64,000 nt of DNA from Azolla caroliniana (taxonomy: Eukaryota; Plantae; Polypodiophyta). The notes under the pieces were generated by a model, which did no database searches, was not told where the DNA came from, and saw only the letters and a program-made list of their open reading frames with translations. Below are positions 11,162-20,198 of the stretch, piece after piece. The stretch covers positions 620,001-684,000 of the forward strand of contig JBHGNT010000016.1 in the NCBI GenBank assembly GCA_043228905.1, read 5' to 3'. Within the stretch, counting starts at the first letter, position 1; every line of letters begins with the position of its first letter. A program made the translations under genes and the position numbers.

Positions 11162-14100
11162 TTAAAGACGACGAGTGGAACGAGTCAGCGCTACTTGCGG
11201 ACCGGGTTTGTCCGGATACTTTCGGTGGAAATCAGCAAGAAGATCTTGTGCATTGGCAACATTCTCGACGGGTTCCCAAGTACGTTCGCTCGGACTATAA
11301 CCGAGCCAATCGACCAAGTAATAGAGTTTGTTGCGAACAAGTTTGGAATCGAGGATGGCAGCAACTTCATACTCCGGGCCGGCGTCCAACTCCAGTGGGG
11401 GCGGTGGTGGTGTCACACGATCGGGAATGGTGTTTCCTTTATAAGGTTCAAGAAGAGAACAATGGAAAACCGGATGTATCTGAAGCTGCGGAGGGAGATC
11501 AAGGTGGAAGGTGACATCATTAATCTTCCCCGTAATACGGAAAGGACCGAGTCGTCGATAATCCAACTTGTCGCACGGTCGAGTAGTCTTGATGTGACGA
11601 CGTAAGAGCCATACTCGATCTCCGATGGCAAAAGAGGAGGGAATCCGATGACGATCCGCATAAGTCTTCTGTGTGTGTTGAGCATGACGAAGGTGAGTAG
11701 AGAGATCCATCTGGATCTTGCGTAGCCTCTCCAAATGATCCTCAGCGCGAGGGTTGGTAGGTAGCTCCGGAGTGTCGATCACCGACCAGCGAGGATGGAA
11801 ACCGGTATAAGCGAAAAATGGGGAGACCCGAGTCGAGGAGTGAATAGCATTATTATACGCAAACTCCGCAAAGTGGAGAATCTCGGCCCAATCGTCCTGT
11901 TGATAACTCAGGAAACACCGGAGATATTGCTCTAGCGTTTGGTTTGTTCGTTCCGCCTGTCCGTCGGTCTGAGGATGGTAGCCGGAGGAGAGGTTGCAGG
12001 AGACCTTGAGCATCTTGAAGAGATGTTGCCAAAATTTGGAGACAAATTGCGGGCCTCGGTCACTGATAATACTGTCTGGGAGGCCATGATGCCGAAAAAC
12101 CTCACGCATAACAAGAGCGGCGGTTTCCTCGCTAGTGATGGCTTTAGTACATGGCACAAAATGTGCCATCTTCGTATATCGATCGACGACGGTTAGGATA
12201 GCATCGAACCCTTTCGAGACCGGCAGATCTGTGATAAAATCAAGACAAATAGACTGCCATGGCTTACTTGGAATTGGTAAAGGTTCCAACAAGCCATATG
12301 GATGGTGTCGTGGCATCTTTGCTCGGCAGCAAGCATCACAGGTCCGAACGTAGTCGTCGACAAAACGGCGCATGTGGGGCCACCAAAAAGATCGCTGCAC
12401 TAGCTCCAACGTCTTAGTACTACCGAAATGTCCCGCCGTATGGGTGTCGTGACAATGTTGGACAATTTGAAGGCGACAGGAGCAATCGGGGACATATACG
12501 CGCTTTTTAAAGAATAACAAACCATCATGATATTCGAATTGTCGGTAGTCAATACCTGGTTGTTGAGACTGAGAACAGGATGCCCGAGAAGTATCAATGT
12601 GCGCCAGGATGTCTTGAGCAAAACTATCCGTCTTCAAGGTTGCACGTATGTCATCGGTAATCCGTGAATCCATCGGGGTGTGAAAAATCCGCGTCGTGTG
12701 CAATCGTGTTGGTCCCAAGATTACTTGCTTTTGATTATCAAATGTTGCTTCACCAGGACGAGGTGCAAGATACGAACGTCGTGATAGTGCATCTGCTTTT
12801 CCTTGCTGCTTCCCCGGTCGATATGTGATTTTGAAGTCGAAACGCGTGAGGAATTGCGCCCACCGAGCTTGCCGTCGATTTAGTACGCGAGCGTTCTGAA
12901 AATAAGCAAGATTTTTATGATCGCTGAAGACAATGACCTGATGTGGAGAGCCCTCTAAGAAATGCCGCCATTGTACAAATGAATCCACGATGGCTAATAA
13001 CTCCTTGTCATGTATTTCGTAGTTGATTTCTGCGACATCGAATTTGCGCGAATGGAAAGCCACCGGATGCAACTCTTCTTTATCACCTTGTTGAGAAAGG
13101 ATGCTACCGAGGGCGAAATCTGATGCGTCGGCCTCCATGATGAATGGTTTTCTTGTATCCACATGAGCTAGAATCGGTGCTGATGTAAAGGCTTTCTTAA
13201 GATGCCGAAAAGCCATATCTGCTTCAATGGACCAAAGAAATGCTTGGCCCTTCTTCGTAAGTTGTGTGAGAGGTAAAATAATCTTCGAGTAATCCTGTAT
13301 AAACTTACGGTAGAAGTTAGCAAAACCTAGAAAACATTGTACATCTCGTACCGACCGTGGAATTTGCCACTCTAGTACAGTTTGGATCTTAGCTGGATCC
13401 ATGGCGATGCCCTTTGAGGAGATGACGTAGCCTAGAAATTCCACTTGCTTGCAGTCAAAGCTACATTTTTCTAGCTTGGCATAAAGACCATTCTCGCGGA
13501 GTCGCTTTAGTACTAATAGTACATGAGAGTCGTGCTCTTCCTGGGTCTTCGAATAAATCAACAGATCATCCAGATAAATGATCAAACAGATATCCAAGAG
13601 GTCTCTGAATATATCATTTGCCATGTGTTGGAAGACTGCGGGTGCATTGGTTAGGCCAAACGGCATAACAGTATACTCAAAATGCCCATACCGCGTGCGA
13701 AAAGCGGTCTTCCACTCATCTCCCGGTCGGATCCGCACGAGATTATACGCTCCGCGTAGGTCGATTTTAGTAAAAAACTTGGCACCATTAACTCGCTCTA
13801 AAAGACTTGATATAAGAGGAAGTGCATACCTATTCCGGATGGTGACTTTATTTAATCCGCGGTAATCAACGACAAGACGAAGTGAGCCATCTTTCTTCTT
13901 GACAAAGAAGATGGGTGCACCGGCCGGAGATTTTGAATGACGGATGAACCCGCTTGCCAAGTTCTCCTCTATGTAGGCTCGAAGGACTTCTAACTCGGTG
14001 GGTGACAGGTTGTAAATTGGTCCCCATGGTGGCTCGGTTCCTGGTTGTAAATCGATGGGACAGTCATAGGGACGGTGATGAGGAAGGGTACCGGCTTTTA

Positions 14101-14731
14101 CCTTGTCAAATACATCGGCATAAGGATGATATTTTGCCGGAAGTTGTACTGAGGAGTCCTTAATAGTGCTGGAAGGATGTACTGATATGGAAAATAGGAA
14201 CATTGCCTCCTTGGGTCCTTCTTCGCGTAGTTGATGGAGTGAAATGGTCGAAACTCGGCGAGTTGATTCTTGGGGTGGTCGATATCGGACTTCTCTTGTT
14301 CTCCAATCTATGGCTGGATTATGTAATTCAAGCCAAGGTAATCCTAGGACAATGGGATGCTCTGGACTACTAATTATATTAAATGATATTATACACACAA
14401 AACTACCTAGGACAACTTGAATGGGTTCTGATTCTTCTACAATATTCCCGGAAGCAATGGGACGACCATCAATGACCACTACAGATGCGGGACAAGGAAG
14501 TTTTCTTAAGGATATCTGAGAAGCTTGGGCAAAATTTCGATCCATGAAACAGGAATTAGCTCCGGAATCTAAAAGTGCTAGGACGGGTACTGGGGGAGTA
14601 CTTTTAGTACTAACAATGACTTGGGCTAGGAACACATTGCTAACTTGCTTGGAAGGAATGGAACCACTAATGGGCTGTACAGATCTAGGGCTGCTGTCCA
14701 ACCAAATGGCTCCTATTTTGGCTGGACTCAA
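11162..14731 (-). CDS. pol: Pol polyprotein (aspartic protease, RT, RNase H, integrase, chromodomain), probably reached by -1 frameshift from gag
   Basis: LLDSGAN protease, YLDD RT, ADASDF RNase H, HHCC plus DDE integrase, GPF motif, C-terminal chromodomain EYEVAAILDSK...YLVDWLGY...TWEP. No ATG at the ORF start. Confidence 0.95.
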   Translation of the reverse strand: MSPAKIGAIWLDSSPRSVQPISGSIPSKQVSNVFLAQVIVSTKSTPPVPVLALLDSGANSCFMDRNFAQASQISLRKLPCPASVVVIDGRPIASGNIVEESEPIQVVLGSFVCIISFNIISSPEHPIVLGLPWLELHNPAIDWRTREVRYRPPQESTRRVSTISLHQLREEGPKEAMFLFSISVHPSSTIKDSSVQLPAKYHPYADVFDKVKAGTLPHHRPYDCPIDLQPGTEPPWGPIYNLSPTELEVLRAYIEENLASGFIRHSKSPAGAPIFFVKKKDGSLRLVVDYRGLNKVTIRNRYALPLISSLLERVNGAKFFTKIDLRGAYNLVRIRPGDEWKTAFRTRYGHFEYTVMPFGLTNAPAVFQHMANDIFRDLLDICLIIYLDDLLIYSKTQEEHDSHVLLVLKRLRENGLYAKLEKCSFDCKQVEFLGYVISSKGIAMDPAKIQTVLEWQIPRSVRDVQCFLGFANFYRKFIQDYSKIILPLTQLTKKGQAFLWSIEADMAFRHLKKAFTSAPILAHVDTRKPFIMEADASDFALGSILSQQGDKEELHPVAFHSRKFDVAEINYEIHDKELLAIVDSFVQWRHFLEGSPHQVIVFSDHKNLAYFQNARVLNRRQARWAQFLTRFDFKITYRPGKQQGKADALSRRSYLAPRPGEATFDNQKQVILGPTRLHTTRIFHTPMDSRITDDIRATLKTDSFAQDILAHIDTSRASCSQSQQPGIDYRQFEYHDGLLFFKKRVYVPDCSCRLQIVQHCHDTHTAGHFGSTKTLELVQRSFWWPHMRRFVDDYVRTCDACCRAKMPRHHPYGLLEPLPIPSKPWQSICLDFITDLPVSKGFDAILTVVDRYTKMAHFVPCTKAITSEETAALVMREVFRHHGLPDSIISDRGPQFVSKFWQHLFKMLKVSCNLSSGYHPQTDGQAERTNQTLEQYLRCFLSYQQDDWAEILHFAEFAYNNAIHSSTRVSPFFAYTGFHPRWSVIDTPELPTNPRAEDHLERLRKIQMDLSTHLRHAQHTQKTYADRHRIPSSFAIGDRVWLLRRHIKTTRPCDKLDYRRLGPFRITGKINDVTFHLDLPPQLQIHPVFHCSLLEPYKGNTIPDRVTPPPPPLELDAGPEYEVAAILDSKLVRNKLYYLVDWLGYSPSERTWEPVENVANAQDLLADFHRKYPDKPGPQVALTRSTRRL

Positions 14732-14740
14732 TCGTTTAAC
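14685..14740 (-). promoter_or_regulatory. Predicted -1 ribosomal frameshift signal (G_UUA_AAC, 6-nt spacer, stem/pseudoknot)
   Basis: Heptamer at 14740-14734. Stem GTCCAGCCAAA/TTTGGTTGGAC; loop TAGG can pair with downstream CCTA. Conserved at 28061-28114. Confidence 0.8.
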
Positions 14741-15885
14741 TCTTCATCTAATTGACTAAGGATTTCAAATTTATTTGAGATACTTGGGCTATTAGTACTA
14801 TGAATACTATCTGACACTCTATTAGTACTATTACTACTATCAGACACTCCGAAGGGAAGAATTGACTCAGGTTTAGTACAGGCGACAATTTGATTTACCT
14901 GTCTTCTTGGCCTATGGGGACAATTGATGGCGATATGTCCTGGTCCACCGCAATAAAGGCATAATCGATTGGCACGTCGTCGTTGCTTTTCTTCTTCCGA
15001 TAACGGGCCGCGTCGACGCATGGTATCGATCTCCATCGGTGTTGAAGTATTTGCTTGAGGTATGTCTCGTGCAAACGGTTTAGCCGCGACTGCGGCGTAA
15101 GTGGGCTCTGGCCTAGAGCGTGGTATCTGTAATTGACGTTCTGAACGCCGTTCAAAAAGGCGGTTGTCACATCGAACTGCTCGACTAATTGCCTCCGTAA
15201 GAGACTTTGGTTCTTCGGGGAAAGTTAGAAGTAGATCTTTGACATCGTTTCGCAAGCCATAGCGAAACTGCTCCATTAGTGCTTGATCATCCCAGGGTAT
15301 ATCTGAAGCAAGTAGGCGGAAATCCGCCGCGTAGGCAGAGGCTGGACGATCGCCTTGACGCAATCGCCGGATCTTGTTGATCGCCGTCCTGATGCTGTCG
15401 GTGTCTCCAAAGCAGGCTTTAAACTCACCAATAAAATCTTCAAAGTTATTAAGCAAGGGCGATTGTTTTTCTAGAAGCGGAGCGAACCATGCCAAGGCTG
15501 AGCCGCTAAGTAGCGTGCCTATTAGGCCGACTCGAGATGCATCGGTGGGATATCGGGAAGGATGCATCTGGATGACTAAGCGTACCTGATTAAGGAATCC
15601 CCGAAATTGTGAACGCGTTCCATCAAATTTCACAGGAAGTCCAATCTTGGGCTCTTTATGAAATCCTTGGGGACTGGATCCTTGTTGTTGCAACGCTGCT
15701 TCGAGTTGTTGTACCCGTAACGCTAACTCCCCATGTTGTTGTTGCGTTTGTTGTTTTTCTAGAGCGATTTGTTGCAGATCCCCTATCAGCCGTTGGTTTT
15801 CTTGTTCCAAGGCAACAAACTTTTCTTTTAGGCACTGTAGCTCGGAGAAAACGGATTGATATTCTTGGGCGCTAACAGTAGCCAT
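14728..15885 (-). CDS. gag: Gag protein (N-terminal coiled coil, capsid domain, CCHC zinc knuckle)
   Basis: 385-aa ORF with PVKFDGTRSQFRGF...GSALAWF...PMEID...CLYCGGPGHIAINC. Confidence 0.95.
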   Translation of the reverse strand: MATVSAQEYQSVFSELQCLKEKFVALEQENQRLIGDLQQIALEKQQTQQQHGELALRVQQLEAALQQQGSSPQGFHKEPKIGLPVKFDGTRSQFRGFLNQVRLVIQMHPSRYPTDASRVGLIGTLLSGSALAWFAPLLEKQSPLLNNFEDFIGEFKACFGDTDSIRTAINKIRRLRQGDRPASAYAADFRLLASDIPWDDQALMEQFRYGLRNDVKDLLLTFPEEPKSLTEAISRAVRCDNRLFERRSERQLQIPRSRPEPTYAAVAAKPFARDIPQANTSTPMEIDTMRRRGPLSEEEKQRRRANRLCLYCGGPGHIAINCPHRPRRQVNQIVACTKPESILPFGVSDSSNSTNRVSDSIHSTNSPSISNKFEILSQLDEELND

Positions 15886-15939
15886 AGTATAGGGGAAAGG
15901 GTAGGAAGATGAGGGAGAGTGACAAGTAGGCTAGAGGGC

Positions 15940-15951
15940 AAATTGGTTCAA
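15940..15951 (-). promoter_or_regulatory. Non-tRNA primer binding site (self-priming type)
   Basis: TTGAACCAATTT 2 nt downstream of the 5' LTR is the exact complement of LTR sequence 16174-16163. Confidence 0.85.
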
Positions 15952-15953
15952 AC

Positions 15954-16391
15954 TGTCAGGAATAGTACTAAAACAGAGATGGAATTAGTACTAAGAAGAG
16001 TAGTACTATTAGTACTATTAGTACTAAGAGGACGGGACTGCGTAAGATTCCCGAGAGAGAGAAAGTGAGAAGAGGAGAGAGAGAGAGAAATAGGATGATG
16101 ACAGCAGCTCTTATATTATATGAAAGATAAGTACAAATCGACTAAGAGGCTTAAGACTGGTGTTGAACCAATTTGGTTCAACATAATGCTTAGTGCCTTC
16201 TTTTATAGTGTTCTCAGGAATAATCCTGAAGCTTCTAGAATGTTCCAGAGAAATCTGGAATATACATTACTTTCTTATAATAAAACATAAATGAAAATAA
16301 TATTCTATGAATTACAATAGATGGTGAGATGGTTAAGAGCTCGACCCATATACCATAAGGTCATGGGTTCGAGTCTTGCCATCTCATGACA
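15954..16391 (-). repeat. 5' LTR of the intact chromovirus
   Basis: Identical to 10713-11150. TATAAAA at 16207-16201; predicted TSS ~16174. Confidence 0.97.
16217..16261. promoter_or_regulatory. Heat-shock element (nGAAn) array in LTR U3 (copy at 10976-11020)
   Basis: gGAAt-aATCc-tGAAg-cTTCt-aGAAt-gTTCc-aGAGa-aATCt-gGAAt: nine in-phase pentamers with a perfect 4-unit core, directly upstream of the TATA box. Confidence 0.8.
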
Positions 16392-16396
16392 GTTCC

Positions 16397-16549
16397 GGGA
16401 TTCATCTTCCTTGGGTTGCTCTAGGTGTCATATTGGTTTATACCTTTGTACCTAATTCTCTTTTATATACATTAAGGCGCGCACGTGTGAAAAGCCGGTT
16501 GGCGCGCGCTATACACCGATTGCGCTAAGGGACGGTTTTCTTCACGACA
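16397..16549 (-). mobile_element. Fragment of a tRNA-Trp-family LTR (U3 end), target of the intact element
   Basis: Ends ...TTTTCTTCACGACA followed by ACGT, like 1550-1636, and shares CGTGT-AAGAGCCGGTT-like motifs with it. Confidence 0.65.
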
Positions 16550-16632
16550 ACGTTCCGGAGGTTCGTCTGAACCTGATATCAGCCGGTCGGCTAGATGATG
16601 AAAGCTACACGAGTAGCATTCGGAACGGTGTT

Positions 16633-19490
16633 ATGAAGTTCAGCAAAGGGGACCTGATTGTGGCTCGGGCCCGGAAGGTAAACACGTTGTGCTTGATGAA
16701 TGCCCGGTTATGCCAGGAAGAAGTGAACGTGGCATCCGACACTGCTAATGAGTTGTGGCACAAGAGGCTGCCTCACATGAGCGAGAAGGGGATGAAGAGG
16801 CTTGTAGACGACAACCTCATTCCAGTGAAGAACGTGCACTTGGAGAAGTGCACTGATTGTTTGGCCAGTAAACAAAACCGGACCTCCTTCCGATCGAGGC
16901 CACCGATGAGACGTAATGCACCACTAGAGTTGGTGCATACTGATATATGTCAAGAGGACACGAAGTCACATGCCGGATCGCAGTACTTCGTGACGTTCAT
17001 AGATGACCACAGCCGGAAGCTGTGGGCCACACCATTGAAGACGAAGGATCAGGTGTTATCTGTCTTCAAAGAGCTCCACGTGAGAGTGGAAAGAGAAACC
17101 GGCCGGAAGCTGAAGGCGGTTCGAGCAGATAACAGAGGTGAATACCGGGGGCAGTTCGAGGAGTATTGTCGCTCGAAGGGAATCCAGCTCGAATTTACCG
17201 TGCCGAAGACGCCAGAACTAAACGGGCTAGCCGAGAGGATGAACCGGACCATAATGGAGAGGGTCCGGAGTATGCTGGCGCATGCAAAACTACCCAAGAA
17301 GTTTTGCGTTGACGCACTGTCGACGATGACATATGTGATAAATAGATCACTTGCAGTACCCTTGGACGGAGACACGCCACAGAGAGTCTGGACCGGTAAG
17401 GAAGTGTCCTACCGGCATCTGAAGGTATTCGGGTGTCTTGCGTATGTGCATGTAGCTAAGGACCGGAGAGGAAAACTAGATCCGAAGACCCGGCCATGCA
17501 TATTCCTCGGTTACGGCGACGATGAGTTCGGCTACCGAGTGTGGGACCTGGTCGACAAGAAGGTATTCCGGAGTCAAGATATTATCTTCATGGAGGACAA
17601 GACGCTTGCCGACTGGGAGTCGGAGAAGAAGATAATGAACTCTGAGTCGACTGGTAAGGATCGATTCTACGATGAGCAAACCCAACCGGCAAGAGACCGG
17701 TTAGCACTCGAGGAACCAGCCAGTTACGGTGAGGATACCGAACTGGCAAAAGAAGAAGTAGAGGAAGCTGAAACCGGAACCGTCCAAGACCCCGAATCGG
17801 ATTCGAATGAAGAGCAAATGGAGGAGTCGATTATCGAAGCCCAAAGATGGAGATATCCTCTCAGAGAGAGAAGGGCCCCCCGGAGATTTCCGGATGCAGA
17901 GCATGTGCTGCTAACCGATGAGGGGGAGCAAGAAAGCTTCGAAGAAGTGAAGGATCACACCCATAGCTGCAAATGGTTAAGTGCCATGCAGGATGAGATG
18001 GATTCCCTGCATGAGAACCATACGTACGAATTGGTGGAGTTGCCGAAAGGAAAGCGGGCACTCCGAAACAAGTGGGTGTACAAGTTGAAACCGGGAGATG
18101 TCGGCAACCCCCCGAGATACAAAGCCAGGATCGTGGTGAAGGGGTTCCAACAGAAGAAGGGCGTGGACTTCGACGAGATATTTGCCCCGGTAGTAAAGAT
18201 GACCTCCATCCGGACGGTGCTGAGTATAGCGGCAAGCATGGACCTCGAGGTAGAGCAGTTGGACATGAAGACAGCATTCCTTCACGGTGACCTTGAAGAG
18301 GAGATCTACATGCAGCAACCAGAAGGATTCGTGGAGAAAGGGAAAGAGCACCTGGTTTGTCGGTTGAAGAAGAGCCTGTACGGACTGAAGTAGGCTCCTC
18401 GACAATGGTACCGAAAGTTTGACTCCTTCATGACCGATCAAGGGTACCACAAAACCCAGGTCGATCACTGCGTGTTTGTGAAGAAGTTCGAAGGAGGCGA
18501 CTTCCTGATACTCCTCACGTGGACGACATGTTGATCGTCAAATGGAACCAAGCCAAAATACGAATGCTGAAGAAGGCTCTCAACCGAACTTTTGCGATGA
18601 AAGACTTGGGTCCGGCAAGACAGATGATGGGGATGCATATCATCCGGAACCAGCCAACGAAGCAATTGTGGTTGTCACAGGAGAAATACGTGACAAAGGT
18701 GCTTCAGCGGTTCAACATGTTAGAAGCGAAACCGGTCGGATCGACATTCCCGGCAAACTGCAGATTATCTGGTAAGCAAAGCCTGAAGACGAAAGCAGAG
18801 AAGGCTGATATGATGAAGGTTCCATATGCCTCTGCCGTCGGGAGCTTAATGTACGCAATGGTGTGTACCCGACCGGATATACGATACGCAGTCGGAGTGG
18901 TGAGCCGGTTTATGAGCAATCCCGGCAAGGAGCACTGGAATGCGGTCAAATGGATACTCCGGTACTTGAAGGGCACTTCAAATATGTGTCTCCGATTCGG
19001 CTCCGGAAAACCTCAACTTGACGGTTTTACCGATTCAGACATGTCGGCTTATGTGGATACCAGCCGGTCTACATCCGGGTATGTAATGACATATGCAGGG
19101 GGAGTTGTTTCGTGGCAGTCAAGGCTGCAAAAGAGGTTTGCGTTGTCAACTACGGAGGCGGAGTACATGGCGGCTATGGAAGCCGGCAAGGAAATATTAT
19201 GGATGAAGGACTTCATCGGAGAGCTCGGTATCCGGCAAGATGAATACCGACTCTATTGCGATAGTCAAAGTGCCATCCACCTTGCTAAGAATGCGGCCTA
19301 CCATTCCCGGACAAAGCATATCCAACGAAGGTATCACTGGATCCGGGAAAGAGTAGATGACCAAGAGTTCACGCTGACGAAGATCCACACGGCCGAGAAC
19401 GGGTCAGATATGCGACCAAAGTACTGATACCCGACAAGCTGGATGCATGCCGGAAGTGGATCGGACTAGAAGGACATCCCATGCCGGAGT
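16633..19490 (+). pseudogene. Copia pol (integrase-RT-RNase H), disrupted
   Basis: ORFs 16633-18393 and 18519-19427 are split by TAG and a small deletion. Confidence 0.88.
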
Positions 19491-19510
19491 GAAGGGGGAG
19501 TTTGTTAGGA

Positions 19511-19645
19511 AACCGGATGACGAGTACCCTGCTACGGAAGACCTGGTGAGAACCGGATGACGAGTACCCAGCAACGGAAGACCCGGTGAGAACCGGATGA
19601 CGAGTACCCAGCAAGAGCTGGATGGTGAAGGCCCGGTGAGAAGTG
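19511..19645 (+). repeat. Three ~41-bp tandem repeats at the start of the Copia 3' LTR U3
   Basis: AACCGGATGACGAGTACCC repeated 3 times. Confidence 0.85.
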
Positions 19646-20198
19646 CTCACCGGATTAAGGGCTATATTTGTAAATAGCCAAAAAGTCATATTAGTATAAA
19701 TATGACTTAGGGCAAACTTAGTATTGTTGTTGTCATTCTTGTTGGCGCAAGATTAGAGCGCAACAGTGTACAGAGAGAGAGAGAGAGAAAGAAAAGAGAT
19801 GAAGAGTTCGTATCTCTGTTCTAACCGCCGCCTGTGGCGAAGACAGTGAACAAGAGGTCGTTGCCTCTGTGTTCATCTTTTGTATATTGTTACATAGTGA
19901 TAGTTAGCAATCAGTGGACTAGTGTGGTTTTTCCCGTGTTTGGGTTTTCCACGTAAACATCATGTGTACTCTTCTCTCCATTGTGTCGTGTTTTTTTTAT
20001 TCCCCGTTTTCTGTGTTTGATTCTAAGCTCGGTTGTGGCCGAGCATTGTTCATCCGAACGTGTAGTTCCTGTCAGGTTACAAAGTCACTTTATATGGTGA
20101 CTATCCTAGGGCAATTGCCCTTTATGCTATTTACAGAAATAGCTCAAACTTGGGTTGTCCAAAGGGACGGTGTGAATACGACCATTATACACTCGTAT

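Larger units (their letters stand above)
10713..16391 (-). mobile_element. Intact, very recent Ty3/Gypsy chromovirus (Tcn1/Tf1-like) LTR retrotransposon, 5679 bp
   Basis: Two 438-bp LTRs identical by eye, TG...CA ends, 5-bp TSD GTTCC (10708-10712, 16392-16396), uninterrupted gag and pol ORFs, PPT at 11151-11163. Confidence 0.97.
16550..20060 (+). mobile_element. Ty1/Copia (Tnt1/Tork-like) element, 5'-truncated: pol plus 3' LTR (19503-20060)
   Basis: GAG-pre-integrase LWHKRL, integrase, RT KARIVVKGFQQKKGVDFDEIFAPVVKMTSIR, RNase H ALSTTEAEY. Premature stop at 18391 and frameshift at YVDD. PPT GAAGGGGGAG at 19491-19500; LTR TGTTAGGA...TCCGAACG. Confidence 0.9.

Noticed and set aside
8535-16549. 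Single large element bounded by an ATGT/ACGT TSD
   Set aside because: The flanks belong to different hosts (Gypsy integrase versus Copia protease) and the two LTR pieces are in opposite orientation
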